A stretch of 64,000 nt of DNA from a virus, in IMG/VR virus record IMGVR_UViG_3300037312_000927, one strand, 5' to 3'. A program made the position numbers and the translations under genes. The stretch's first letter is position 1; every line of letters begins with the position of its first letter. Under the pieces are notes generated by a model. That model did not search any database and was not told the DNA's origin. It saw only the letters and a list, made by a program, of their open reading frames with translations. Positions 16,845 to 26,876 of this stretch are shown piece by piece.

Positions 16845-17138
16845 ATGAACGAGAAGAAGATTGAGCAGCTGCGTAATACAATGCAAGAGCACCTTCAAAT
16901 ATCAGATCTGCTCCGACCTCTCCTTACGGAGACTGAAGCCAAGAGACTAATGGTGTATCCTGATACTATTAAAAAGATGATGGATATTCCGGAGATCTGG
17001 AAGAAAATGCAAACCATCCCTGAAGAGGAGATGAATAAAGGCCTCATGCACGGTCTCGCAGCTTTGGATGAAATCAAGAGAAACCTCCAGATCGCACAAC
17101 TTCGTGCCAGTGGAAGTATTTCTGAGAACCTCCACTGA
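16845..17138 (+). CDS. hypothetical helical protein
   Basis: Own promoter and terminator. Confidence 0.65.
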   Translation: MNEKKIEQLRNTMQEHLQISDLLRPLLTETEAKRLMVYPDTIKKMMDIPEIWKKMQTIPEEEMNKGLMHGLAALDEIKRNLQIAQLRASGSISENLH

Positions 17139-17191
17139 TAAAAACGCCCTGGAAATTACAGGGCTTTTTTTAGCCTAATCGAGGTCCAAAT

Positions 17192-17202
17192 TTTGGTATA
17201 AG
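17192..17202 (+). promoter_or_regulatory. early-type promoter motif
   Basis: TTTGGTATAAGTATAGTAC. Confidence 0.7.
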
Positions 17203-17228
17203 TATAGTACACAGAACTTTGGAGAAAT

Positions 17229-17609
17229 TTGATGAATACAGCCACGGTTATCTTTACTGAAGATTCTATGCTGATACGAAGGGACTTAACTGTTAAAAGG
17301 GTTATAGCCACACCTGGAGGTGAAGCTAGGATGCAGGAGTTAAGCGAGGGTCATAACTACGCTTATGCAATTTTAAGGGATAACCTGGAAGCTATCCTCA
17401 TAAAATCTGATAAAAATGATATTCATGGATTCGTGGCATTCGTGAATATGATCGATAAGTGTAAAACTCCGGAGGTAGTAGGAGAGCTTATTAATAAAAT
17501 ATATCGAAGAACTGATTTTCCTAGTATAAAAGTCTTTGATACAGCAACTATAATGCAGTCAAAAGACCCTAATAGTCGTTATGTATATTGGGTTATTCTG
17601 CACGTCTAA
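17229..17609 (+). CDS. hypothetical protein
   Basis: GGAG RBS, promoter upstream. Confidence 0.65.
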   Translation: MMNTATVIFTEDSMLIRRDLTVKRVIATPGGEARMQELSEGHNYAYAILRDNLEAILIKSDKNDIHGFVAFVNMIDKCKTPEVVGELINKIYRRTDFPSIKVFDTATIMQSKDPNSRYVYWVILHV

Positions 17610-17613
17610 AAAG

Positions 17614-17644
17614 AAAAAGCCCGGAATTAACCGGGCTTTTTTAG
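17614..17644. terminator. bidirectional terminator
   Basis: AAAAAGCCCGG AATTAA CCGGGCTTTTTT between convergent genes; same stem-loop at 51115-51143. Confidence 0.85.
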
Positions 17645-17645
17645 A

Positions 17646-18308
17646 TTAACCAAACGATACTGGGACCGGGCGGTCGAACTGTATTGAGATGTTCTCTGCA
17701 ATGACCGGCTGTTGAGAGGCTACTTGAAAGGAGTAACCATCGAACATACAGTATTCAAGGTAAACAGCACTCAGAACTTTACCGTATCCGTCAGTGTTAC
17801 CACCACGAGTCTTCATGACTAGCAGAAGACCGAACGGTACCGAGAAGTATTCCGAACCAAGGTTCATCATAATATCACTACCATCAGGGCCCGGAGCACG
17901 TTGACCATCCGTAGCCATCGTCGGGCGATACGCTGCGCGGCTTAGAGCTGCCAGAATGTTAGCTTGGTCAGCCAGAACTTTCGACATAGACACGACCGGG
18001 GTGCTCTTACCACGGGTGAAGAATGAACGGTTCGAACCGATTTCAAATAGACGCATCAGCTGAGCGTTATCTTGAAAAGCAATATTGTCGACCAGACCGA
18101 TAGGGATAAGATCGGCCCCACTCGACAGACCTGTGAATCTGGCCGGGCCTGCAAACAGCATAGTGGTGTCAGGGCTTGCAGAGAACTGGCTAAAACGCTC
18201 TAGCCCGTCTTCGTTTAGTTTAGAAACGTAACTACCTTTGTAGTCCCAAGACGTGGTAAAGCCACTGTCTTCTACGGTTGATAGAACGTCTGTTTTAGCA
18301 TCTGCCAT
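17646..18308 (-). CDS. probable tail tube protein
   Basis: Directly downstream of sheath; IGLVDNI...RLFEIGS tube-like pattern. Confidence 0.6.
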   Translation of the reverse strand: MADAKTDVLSTVEDSGFTTSWDYKGSYVSKLNEDGLERFSQFSASPDTTMLFAGPARFTGLSSGADLIPIGLVDNIAFQDNAQLMRLFEIGSNRSFFTRGKSTPVVSMSKVLADQANILAALSRAAYRPTMATDGQRAPGPDGSDIMMNLGSEYFSVPFGLLLVMKTRGGNTDGYGKVLSAVYLEYCMFDGYSFQVASQQPVIAENISIQFDRPVPVSFG

Positions 18309-18392
18309 TGTAATTCCTTTGTTAATTATTCGTTGTTACGATGTAGGTATTTTAATCAAATTAAAGCCCCGGTTTCCCAGGGCCTTGCTAGA

Positions 18393-21029
18393 TTAGATGA
18401 CCAAGTACAGGTTCAGGTAGTTCAGGGTCTTCGGGATCTTGATCGTCAGGCGACAATCCAGGTTGTCCTGGTTGGTTGCGTTCTGAGCCAGAGAATCGAT
18501 CACTGCTGATAGAAGAGGAGCTCCGATACGTGGTAGTTTCTGAGCTTTCAGCATTTCTGAACTAGCGTTGATCGTTTGACGAATCGTTCCGATAGTATCT
18601 TCAGTGATGTTCCACTTACCGATGAAAGCTTTCAGCTTATCCAGGAAGAAATACGACACGAAGTCCCAGTTCTTAACTTGCTGCAGTTCACGGTACTCCA
18701 GGACCGACATATCGGTCGTCAGTTCGTGTCTTACATAAGGCAGCGAACCCGTGGTTTCTTGTACGAAGAGGAACGTACCGGCTTCAGCCATCGCATTCAT
18801 TTGAGCACGAGTGAAGTAGAAGTTACTATTGTACAGGTCCGAAACACCAGCGATGCCCATATTAGTAAAGCCTTGTTGGGCCGGCATGCCTGCCACTAGA
18901 CCGGACACCGCGCAAGCCAAGTAGTAACCCGGAACAATCACTTTGCGGCCATCGACGTTAACTGCAACGGTATCAGGCTGAATATGGATAACACGGTTAG
19001 AACCGAAGGTCTTGCTAACTGCTGCCGCTGCTGCTGCACGCTGAGTCTTGGTCAAAGTACGGGTGATGTAGAAACTAACACCGGTTGCAACGCCTTGGGC
19101 TTGAACAACAATCTGCTGGTTGCTTACAACTTCCAGAACTTGCATCGTTCCAACTGGGCTAGGAGAACCTGTGCCAGCAGTGACGTTTAGGATATCACCA
19201 GGAGTCACACCATCATTGATAAACGTAGAGTTGCTCGATGTCAGAACGTACTTGCCACTTGCCACGGTGATGTTGTTGTTACCACCGTTAGCATTTACCA
19301 GAACATCAGTATATTGGCCAACTGGAGTCTTGGTCGGGATCTTGGTGTTAACCAGAGCCACACGCCAAGCAGCCTCTTCTGCGGTGCTCATTTGCTGTGC
19401 ATGCAGAGCGAAAGCTTGGCAAACGTCTTGATCTTGAGTCATTGGTACCAAACCGTAGACACGCTCACCTTCGGCCAGTTCCAGGGCATCGAAGAAACCT
19501 TGACTGTCATTGCTGCTGATAGCGATAGCACGGACACGAGTCGTAGTATTGGCCAGAGCGGTGCTAACACCTAGGGCCAGAGGATTGTCTTCCGAGATCT
19601 CTCCTAGAGTACCTTCAACTTCGCCTTGTTCGATAGCTAGAACGCTGCTGCTCAGATCAGTACGCAGAGCCTTATAAGCCATATGGACTGTACCACTGAT
19701 GATTTTACCGTAAATAACTTCCGGATTCGGATTAATAGTCACGGTTCCATCTACTGCGATGTTCGATGTTACATAGTTGCTTCCACTAGTAATAGGCTTG
19801 GCAGCTGGGACCAGTTGGTTGTTAAACAGTTTGCGGGTCTTCAGGGTAACTTTAGCCTTCTTAACAACAACTGCTCCTGCATCAACTGCAGTTACGGTAA
19901 CTGGAGAAAGACCACTAATAGTTGATCCGGTTATAGAACCAATAACAGCTTCATGGTCACTTCCGCTGGCACCTGCACCTTTAATAAGGATAGTATCTCC
20001 GGCCACAAAGCCAGTTGCAGAGGTTAGACTCAGTGTCGATGAGCTGGCAGCTATAGCGCCGCTGGCGGTAGTGGACTGACTAACGTTAGCAGGAAGCATA
20101 TCTGCCAGGGTAACCGAACTGATGCCACTTACTGCCACCACGACTAATACTGTAGAGCTGAAGGTTCTAGGGGTCGAAGTATTATCGACATATTCCAGAG
20201 ACACCTCATCACCAGCTTCCATAACCAGCGTAGAAGTAACCGAGTTCACATTGGCAATCTCAGTCTTCGTGATAGCCGTAGCAGAAACCGTAGTCGACGG
20301 AGCTACTGAAATAGTCAGGTTGTTGCCCGAGATATCCAGTACAGTCGCAGTTAGATCTGCTCCAGATACACCCGCACCCGTAATAACTACAGAATCTCCG
20401 ATACGGAATGAAGTTACATCAGCGACCGAAGCGATGGTTGCATTACCTGAGGTAACATCACCCGTTGAACTTGCTGCAAAAAAGTCAAGCTTATTGCTAG
20501 CAGGATATCCTGCAAATCCACTTGCGAGGGTTTCAACTTTTGCTTGATTGACTAGGACCTGAACCGATGACGAATCCACGACTTGGCCGGGGAGTTGGCC
20601 TGGCAGGTTGAATACGTTAGTAGCAGTGGAATCCACGATAATTCCGCGTTTGCTTACTAGGGCGTCCGTAACAGTAGCGCCCGCTACGGTATCCAAGGTC
20701 AACACAGTACCCGAAGCCGATACCACTTTACCAGACAGGTCTGCACCAGTCGAATCAGCCGCCCCTGTGACAAGAACTGTGTCACCTACAGTGAAAGGGG
20801 GGATGCTATCGAAAGTCAGATCTGCGCTGTCTTTAACCATAGACCCCCTTGCACTAGCTGCGCTGGTAGCAGCCGTTTTAACCAAGGAGGTTGCACTCCC
20901 CGGCACGTAACGTAGAACGTTGTATGCAGGACCAACAATGCAGGACTCCAGGCTCGGGGTTCCTTGAACGACCCCGCCCGCATTCTCTAATTCTTGATAT
21001 ACTAAAACACTTGGTTGAGTATACGACAT
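18393..21029 (-). CDS. contractile tail sheath protein with beta-rich insertions
   Basis: N-terminal YTQPSVLVYQE; C-terminal PGYYLACAVSGL, YVRHELTTD, ELQQVKNWDFVS, IP..LNYLNLYLVI. Confidence 0.8.
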   Translation of the reverse strand: MSYTQPSVLVYQELENAGGVVQGTPSLESCIVGPAYNVLRYVPGSATSLVKTAATSAASARGSMVKDSADLTFDSIPPFTVGDTVLVTGAADSTGADLSGKVVSASGTVLTLDTVAGATVTDALVSKRGIIVDSTATNVFNLPGQLPGQVVDSSSVQVLVNQAKVETLASGFAGYPASNKLDFFAASSTGDVTSGNATIASVADVTSFRIGDSVVITGAGVSGADLTATVLDISGNNLTISVAPSTTVSATAITKTEIANVNSVTSTLVMEAGDEVSLEYVDNTSTPRTFSSTVLVVVAVSGISSVTLADMLPANVSQSTTASGAIAASSSTLSLTSATGFVAGDTILIKGAGASGSDHEAVIGSITGSTISGLSPVTVTAVDAGAVVVKKAKVTLKTRKLFNNQLVPAAKPITSGSNYVTSNIAVDGTVTINPNPEVIYGKIISGTVHMAYKALRTDLSSSVLAIEQGEVEGTLGEISEDNPLALGVSTALANTTTRVRAIAISSNDSQGFFDALELAEGERVYGLVPMTQDQDVCQAFALHAQQMSTAEEAAWRVALVNTKIPTKTPVGQYTDVLVNANGGNNNITVASGKYVLTSSNSTFINDGVTPGDILNVTAGTGSPSPVGTMQVLEVVSNQQIVVQAQGVATGVSFYITRTLTKTQRAAAAAAVSKTFGSNRVIHIQPDTVAVNVDGRKVIVPGYYLACAVSGLVAGMPAQQGFTNMGIAGVSDLYNSNFYFTRAQMNAMAEAGTFLFVQETTGSLPYVRHELTTDMSVLEYRELQQVKNWDFVSYFFLDKLKAFIGKWNITEDTIGTIRQTINASSEMLKAQKLPRIGAPLLSAVIDSLAQNATNQDNLDCRLTIKIPKTLNYLNLYLVI

Positions 21030-21150
21030 TAACTACTCCTATTATATTTTTCGGTGTTACCCGCTGTTCAACAACAACGGGCGAAATACTTTTAAGGTAA
21101 CGATGTTACTATGATTGTATTTTAACCCCGATTAAGTTTATTATTTTAAT

Positions 21151-21783
21151 TTAAGAGACTTTAGACTGACCTATCCTGGCTATCAAACGCTCGGGGATAT
21201 TATCAGTCTTGATGCTAACGTATATACTCTTGAATGTTATTGCGTCAAATTTGACCATCCAGCTATCTTCACAACGATATGGGACAGAGATAGAAACCTT
21301 AAATTTTTCGATATCTTCCTTGTCTGGTTCACAGGAGCTTACAGACATGTCTAAGCCAAATTCGTGAAACCCCATTTCATTACATATAAATGGTCTAGTA
21401 GCTGCAATGAAATGCGTAACCATATCAGTGATTAGCTCGCAGGTACCTTCCTGACTAGTCTCGATGATGATCTGAGCTACGCCGTTTACGAAAACTAAGT
21501 TAGTTCGTTCGCTCTTACCAAATACTTCTTTTATACCCGGAGCCGAAGCCATGTTGTCAGAAAGCCCGGTTTTTGTTATAGAATAATTACCTCTACTCAC
21601 AAGTATTCTAGGCTTAGTCTGGATTGGTATTTTGTGGAAGTCGTTTACTGTACCTATCTCTATTTTTGTCACCTTTTCATCCGGATCCCAAAATAACCCA
21701 TCTTCTGTCTTGGGAAACTGACTAAAAAAGTATCTCAAAGGCTCGACTATCATAGTCGTTAAATATAATGGGCTGAAATACAT
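21151..21783 (-). CDS. probable tail completion/neck protein
   Basis: Position upstream of sheath and size; function inferred only. Confidence 0.45.
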   Translation of the reverse strand: MYFSPLYLTTMIVEPLRYFFSQFPKTEDGLFWDPDEKVTKIEIGTVNDFHKIPIQTKPRILVSRGNYSITKTGLSDNMASAPGIKEVFGKSERTNLVFVNGVAQIIIETSQEGTCELITDMVTHFIAATRPFICNEMGFHEFGLDMSVSSCEPDKEDIEKFKVSISVPYRCEDSWMVKFDAITFKSIYVSIKTDNIPERLIARIGQSKVS

Positions 21784-21784
21784 A

Positions 21785-23239
21785 TCAATCGCTCTTTATT
21801 AAATCTTTGATCTTCCTAGTTACTTCATCTTTGTTGTCACTATTAACACTTAGATACTGGTCGATTGTTTTACTTTTGTTTTTTCTACCTAAAAATCCAG
21901 GCCTGAAAGTAGAGTGGAAGTGCTGGATCTTAACTTCTCTCTCCTCTTCCGGCAGGTGATCATGACTCTTATATCGAGCTCCTCGACCTATTACTTGGTC
22001 AATCTTACTCTTATTGAAGTGGGGTTCCAGGACCTGTATGAGCTTAGTGCCTTTCAGATCGAGCCCCTCGGCTCCACTAGAACTAATGAGAAGCGTAGGA
22101 ACTTCCCCTGAATTATACGCAGCCACTGCAGCATCTTTCTCCTTCTTGCTTAAACCACCGTGATATAGAGTATGTTTAATACCTTTCTCGTTCAGGTGAT
22201 TTGAGTAGTCTTCTAGCCCGGCTTTCAAATAATTAGAATATACAACTCCACGATAATTCTTATCATCCTTCATATGTTTCTTCAGCTCATCTACAGCTTT
22301 CTGAATTTTAGGGCTTAACTCGTGCTTATCACCGGCGATATAGGGCTTGGTACTATTGCTGACCTGACGTACCCCTGTTGAAAAGGCGTTTAGCTGTGCA
22401 CTTTCTTTTTTATCCAAGGGTAGATTATGCCGAATCTTCATACGAATGATGAAGGGGATATTACCTTCAAGAAACTTATACATTCTCTCCTGTTTCTCGT
22501 TCATATGAACTTCGTGAGTCTCATGGACTTTACGAGGAAAGTACTTCTCCGATTTAGGATCATCCATCACATCATACTTATCAACGTATTTGTTCAGTAC
22601 TTTAGAGAGTTCACCTTTGTTCTTGATAGTGGTCTTAACTCCAGGTTTTTTACCTAAAAGAAACTGAGCAACAATACCTGGATCAGAAACCGTTTTAGTT
22701 ATATAACGATTTTCAAAATCAGATTTATTCACAGGCAGAAGTTTTTCTCCACTAACGAGATTGACCAGGGGACTAATATCTTCAGGAGAGTTGTAGATAG
22801 GGGTTGCAGTAGCCAGGAGCTTATGGTCTGCTCCAGCTACTAATTTTTCCAGACCTTTAAAACGTTTAGTATCGGTATTACGAAGTTTGTGGCCTTCGTC
22901 CATTGCCACCAAGGAGTATTTATTCTTCAGTAAGCGGGGTAAATCATTAATAGCCTTTTCGTAGCTGATAACTTCCATACGCTCCGGATCAACGTCGATA
23001 CCATGCTTCTTATGGTCTTTTTCGATATTGGTAGTCAAACTGGCTGGAGTGATAACCAACTGCTTAGAGTCTTTGTCAAGTTTCTGAATACGGCTAACGG
23101 CCTCATTGATAGTACGAGTTTTACCTGACCCTGTGGAATGAGCAAGGATAATGCCTTTATTCTCAAGCAGCTTTTTAACGCTTCGATCCTGATGTTTTTG
23201 AAGGGCTTCTTTAGCTATCTTTACTAAATATTTATTCAT
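21785..23239 (-). CDS. SF2 (SNF2-like) helicase with N-terminal NKYLVKIA motif
   Basis: HSTGSGKT, MDEGH, LATATP, GAEGLDLKG, QVIGRGAR. Confidence 0.9.
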   Translation of the reverse strand: MNKYLVKIAKEALQKHQDRSVKKLLENKGIILAHSTGSGKTRTINEAVSRIQKLDKDSKQLVITPASLTTNIEKDHKKHGIDVDPERMEVISYEKAINDLPRLLKNKYSLVAMDEGHKLRNTDTKRFKGLEKLVAGADHKLLATATPIYNSPEDISPLVNLVSGEKLLPVNKSDFENRYITKTVSDPGIVAQFLLGKKPGVKTTIKNKGELSKVLNKYVDKYDVMDDPKSEKYFPRKVHETHEVHMNEKQERMYKFLEGNIPFIIRMKIRHNLPLDKKESAQLNAFSTGVRQVSNSTKPYIAGDKHELSPKIQKAVDELKKHMKDDKNYRGVVYSNYLKAGLEDYSNHLNEKGIKHTLYHGGLSKKEKDAAVAAYNSGEVPTLLISSSGAEGLDLKGTKLIQVLEPHFNKSKIDQVIGRGARYKSHDHLPEEEREVKIQHFHSTFRPGFLGRKNKSKTIDQYLSVNSDNKDEVTRKIKDLIKSD

Positions 23240-24138
23240 ATATATTCTTGCGGGAAATCCGGTATGTCTTTGGCTAAAAGCTCGTATTCTATGCTGCTTC
23301 TGCTCAGTTCTGTTAGCTGCAGTAACTGTCTTACAACTTGGCTTTGGAGTTCAGTTGTTGCGACGTTCTCCACTCGGTAAAGATCCCACTCCCCGTGCCG
23401 AATAATTATATCATCAGGCATTATATCTGGGAGACTGATAGTCCATGCTGCCATTTGATTTGGTTCAAATATCCCGAAGTAAGTCTTTATATTTGAATTA
23501 GGGGAGGGGTCGTACTGTACGAACGTAGTGTAGCATGGGAAATACCCCCCTTTAAAACTGGTACCTAAGCAGGTGCTACAGTTATCTTTCATAACCTTAC
23601 CTACCTTGGCATTCCAGCATTCTGGACAACGTTCTCCATAGGTCATTTTGCGGAATAGATAAGTCTTGGTCCCTGTAAATTTGCTCAGCAGTAGCCACTC
23701 TCTACGTTGAATTTCTCTACTGCGTAGTTCAACCCAATGAGTCTGGGTAGTATACCAGCTCTGAGGTTTTGATTTTATGCTTACGCTATTTTTATCTAGG
23801 AGTATCGCCTCTACTATATAGTACCCTTTATTGAACTTGCTGTATTCCTGAGTCGTTGTATCAGCAAGATGATTGCTATCAATAGGGGCAGCATTCAGCC
23901 TTTGGAAAGGGCCATCACTGGTAGGGCCAAAGTATACGTTGAACAGACAGCTCCCCCAATCTGCAGGTACGGACCAATCCACCACCACGTGTTTATACCA
24001 ACGCGGATATAGATTGACTTTGATATTTCCTGAAACGTTAGTCGTAAGCGGCTGTGACTTTACGTTATCGTCAGCGTTCTTGCTGTAAACATTAGTTTGT
24101 AGGAGATGGCCTACTGAAAAGGAATAGTTGAATGACAT
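23236..24138 (-). CDS. probable head-tail joining/neck protein with Zn-finger insert
   Basis: CPECW...CSTCLGT; virion module; TAAAATA-N5-ATG start. Confidence 0.5.
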   Translation of the reverse strand: MSFNYSFSVGHLLQTNVYSKNADDNVKSQPLTTNVSGNIKVNLYPRWYKHVVVDWSVPADWGSCLFNVYFGPTSDGPFQRLNAAPIDSNHLADTTTQEYSKFNKGYYIVEAILLDKNSVSIKSKPQSWYTTQTHWVELRSREIQRREWLLLSKFTGTKTYLFRKMTYGERCPECWNAKVGKVMKDNCSTCLGTSFKGGYFPCYTTFVQYDPSPNSNIKTYFGIFEPNQMAAWTISLPDIMPDDIIIRHGEWDLYRVENVATTELQSQVVRQLLQLTELSRSSIEYELLAKDIPDFPQEYI

Positions 24139-24217
24139 GAAAGTATTTTAGCCGTAGGTAATAAAAAAGCCCTACTACATATTATGTTAGTAAGGCTTAT
24201 AAATAAAAGATAGCGTT

Positions 24218-24228
24218 TTTGGTATAAG
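24218..24228 (+). promoter_or_regulatory. early-type promoter motif driving an ORF-less unit
   Basis: TTTGGTATAAGTATAGTAC. Confidence 0.65.
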
Positions 24229-24235
24229 TATAGTA

Positions 24236-24388
24236 CAAATTAACTACGATTTTCCACCAATACCAGGTCATCCCCTTCATAGTTTCACCGATTAACCGAA
24301 TAACCCTGGGTGGGTTACACAGTTCCGACGGTCTCCACCGGTCGGGATTTTGTTACAGGATAACCTCCCTATCCTGTAACTTTTTTTT
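24236..24388 (+). ncRNA. candidate structured small RNA (~150 nt)
   Basis: Promoter motif, no plus-strand ATG, two hairpins (24301-24317, 24325-24345), 11-bp terminator stem + T8. Confidence 0.5.
24352..24388 (+). terminator. intrinsic terminator
   Basis: GTTACAGGATA/TATCCTGTAAC + T8. Confidence 0.85.
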
Positions 24389-24821
24389 ACCATACAGGGA
24401 ACATTGCTTCATCAGAGCTGACTGAGCCCCAGCCAGATTCCATATTCAGCTGGATCTTCAGGGCCTTAGCAGTTTCTGTAAACTGTGATCTGAAGCTATT
24501 GGCTAAGCCTAGATAAAGCTCAGCCCTTTCTTCTACGGGAATCTGTAAGCCCCCGTCGGAGTACTGCATAGTGTTTCTTGCTAGCAAGGTGGCTTTACCC
24601 AGATACATCTGCCAGCACGTTGCAAGTAGGAGTAAGAATTTGCTAGGAAAGTTATCTTCTGTGTAAAGAGTTTTCGGGGACATCATATTGAACGAATCAA
24701 TCCCCAGGGACTTACACAGAGAAATATAAGTATCAGTGAACTCCTCTCCATCGATAAGATAGTTATTTGGAGCGTAATCACTTACGTATTCACGTACTTC
24801 TTCAATGGAGAGACTAGCCAT
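24387..24821 (-). CDS. probable head-tail adaptor
   Basis: Helical 144-aa protein (EEVREYVSD...YSDGGLQI) in virion module; inferred. Confidence 0.5.
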   Translation of the reverse strand: MASLSIEEVREYVSDYAPNNYLIDGEEFTDTYISLCKSLGIDSFNMMSPKTLYTEDNFPSKFLLLLATCWQMYLGKATLLARNTMQYSDGGLQIPVEERAELYLGLANSFRSQFTETAKALKIQLNMESGWGSVSSDEAMFPVW

Positions 24822-24823
24822 AT

Positions 24824-25189
24824 TTATTTAGCTTTGCGAGTTTTTGCAGGAGCAACTTCTACAGGAGTTCCGGTAGCTTCAGCAGGTTCGGCGTCCTTCT
24901 CTTCTGCAGCAGCAGCTTTAGCGGCTAGCTCTTCCTTTAGTTCTTCTTCGGTAAGACCCTCATATGGCTTGGTAATCTCGACTTCTACTTCAGGTTTCGC
25001 AACTGCTTTAGCCTTCGGTTCCGTGTCTGAGATCTCAGCCCAGTCACGCATCACGGCGTATACAATGGTAGCTTCATCTACTTCAGTGTGATGAATTGCG
25101 TGGGAGCCGCCTGGGGGGATGCTGACGTAACCTGCTTTAAGGACCAGCTCCGAAGGGAGTTTATTGATTAGATATTTTTTAGTAGTCAT
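24824..25189 (-). CDS. hypothetical protein with Ala/Glu-rich tail
   Basis: Coupled in late operon. Confidence 0.65.
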   Translation of the reverse strand: MTTKKYLINKLPSELVLKAGYVSIPPGGSHAIHHTEVDEATIVYAVMRDWAEISDTEPKAKAVAKPEVEVEITKPYEGLTEEELKEELAAKAAAAEEKDAEPAEATGTPVEVAPAKTRKAK

Positions 25190-25212
25190 AGTTTTAATTA
25201 CAATTCTTAAAT

Positions 25213-25563
25213 TTAAGCGCCCTCGCCAGGCGTGTTGTTATTATAGTACATGCTATTGATTCTGGCTAGGATCTTTTCGTCTTTATGTTGGTGGTACTTA
25301 TGAAGTCCAAGGAAACCGGTAGTCACCCCTACCCCAGTACCTAATGCAGTCTTTACTCGGGTTCTCGTGGATTTGGCTCTAGCAACGTCATAGAGCCTCT
25401 GAGCACGATTTATCGTAGCTTCTGGCACGCCCCTAGGACCAACCTTTTTAAAGCGCTTCAGAGACTCTACATCGGATTTATAACGACGAGCAGAGACTCC
25501 GGCTAGTTCATCTCCGAACTTCACTACCTTAGATAGAAGCTTTTGTTTATTTAGAAGTGGCAT
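25213..25563 (-). CDS. basic protein with Gly-rich hydrophobic segment, probable virion internal protein
   Basis: TALGTGVGVTTGFLG; TAAAATA at 25588-25594. Confidence 0.6.
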   Translation of the reverse strand: MPLLNKQKLLSKVVKFGDELAGVSARRYKSDVESLKRFKKVGPRGVPEATINRAQRLYDVARAKSTRTRVKTALGTGVGVTTGFLGLHKYHQHKDEKILARINSMYYNNNTPGEGA

Positions 25564-25619
25564 AATCCGTTCTCTTAACTGATATCCTATTTTAACAAGG
25601 ATTCACGATTTTCGCATTT

Positions 25620-25630
25620 TTTGGTATAAG
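25620..25630 (+). promoter_or_regulatory. early-type promoter motif
   Basis: TTTGGTATAAG upstream of the macrodomain operon. Confidence 0.7.
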
Positions 25631-25677
25631 GCTAGTAGACAGAGCTATTAGCTCTTTTTTATTTAAATGGAGTTAGT

Positions 25678-26172
25678 ATGGCTTTAAAAACACATTATGA
25701 TGACCTTCTAAAAAATGTCAAAGATGGCATCATCGTACACGGCTGTAACGCACAAGGTAAGATGCGTTCCGGATTCGCCAAGCAACTAAGGGAGATGTAT
25801 CCCAGAGCGTACCTGGACTACTATGCATCTTATAAAAGGTATGGGTTGAGGACGGGGAAAGTTGTGATTAGTCCAGTGCCTCCCCATGAAAATAAATTCG
25901 TAATTGCTAATGCCATTACTCAGGAATTCTATGGATATGACCGGGAGACAGTCTACGTAGATTATGAAGGGGTGGCGAAATGCTTTAAAGACATTAGCGA
26001 ATACGCTTTGAAAAACGGATTTAAAGAGATTCACTTTCCCAAGATCGGCGCTGGCCTGGCTAATGGCAACTGGGACCGAATCATAAAGATCATCCAAGAT
26101 GCTGTTGATCCAAGCATCGAACTTAATCTCTGGATCAAACCTGAAACCTCTCAACCACTTGTAAAGGAATAA
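25678..26172 (+). CDS. macrodomain (ADP-ribose hydrolase) protein
   Basis: IVHGCNAQGKMRSGFAKQL, NAITQ, FPKIGAGLANG. Confidence 0.9.
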   Translation: MALKTHYDDLLKNVKDGIIVHGCNAQGKMRSGFAKQLREMYPRAYLDYYASYKRYGLRTGKVVISPVPPHENKFVIANAITQEFYGYDRETVYVDYEGVAKCFKDISEYALKNGFKEIHFPKIGAGLANGNWDRIIKIIQDAVDPSIELNLWIKPETSQPLVKE

Positions 26173-26175
26173 AAC

Positions 26176-26469
26176 ATGGCTTCTCGTGACGATATTAAAG
26201 TAGGTACCGTATGGTCTGACAGCAGCTCAGACCGCCCCCTCACTGTTACCGATGTGGATGACGAAATCGTGGAATACGGTTACCCGCACATCGATCAGGT
26301 TTTTTACCTCACCAAGGGTACTTTTCTCGGTAACTTCAACCCATATAAAGGAAATCTGTCAGGCCAGAAAGACCAACTTTTGGGAGAACTCCGTCAGACA
26401 TTGATCGAACTGAAGACGATGGGCTACGGCGACAACGTCTACGAACTCCTGGACCAGATGGGCCTGTAA
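26176..26469 (+). CDS. paralogue-array protein 1
   Basis: Shared C-terminal helical module (LGELRQTL...VYELLDQMGL). Confidence 0.7.
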   Translation: MASRDDIKVGTVWSDSSSDRPLTVTDVDDEIVEYGYPHIDQVFYLTKGTFLGNFNPYKGNLSGQKDQLLGELRQTLIELKTMGYGDNVYELLDQMGL

Positions 26470-26516
26470 TTAACGACGGGGTACTATGTACCCTGTTTTT
26501 TTAGTTAGGGGTAGAT

Positions 26517-26876
26517 ATGCACAAGCATTATACTTTGGATGAAATAGAGAAACTTCCGATTTGGGTCGCTATAGACGGCCGTCAATCTAACATTGAGAAC
26601 AGAGATATATACCAAACCAGGGTAAGTAAGGGCGGTAAGCTAGATGTAAGGCATGCGGGTACCGAGTCTCTACTGCGGGGTAAGCTTCTCGATTTGGAAA
26701 GTGAACAGTTTAGTTGGTATAAAGACTACGGAATTGAGAGTTGGAATAACAACTTCAGACCATACCCTCCTGAACACGAAAGAATTTTGAGGAAGCTTAA
26801 GGGTATCATTTTTCAAAGTTCAGATTTCCTGAATAAGGAAGAACTTGGTCAAGTCCTGGTTGAACTTGAGGTTTAA
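26517..26876 (+). CDS. paralogue-array protein 2
   Basis: ILRKLKGII...ELGQVLVELEV. Confidence 0.75.
   Translation: MHKHYTLDEIEKLPIWVAIDGRQSNIENRDIYQTRVSKGGKLDVRHAGTESLLRGKLLDLESEQFSWYKDYGIESWNNNFRPYPPEHERILRKLKGIIFQSSDFLNKEELGQVLVELEV

Noticed and set aside
22449-22460. 11-nt match between the candidate sRNA (ATCCCCTTCAT) and the helicase gene
   Set aside because: Same sense as the helicase mRNA, so not antisense pairing; short enough to be chance
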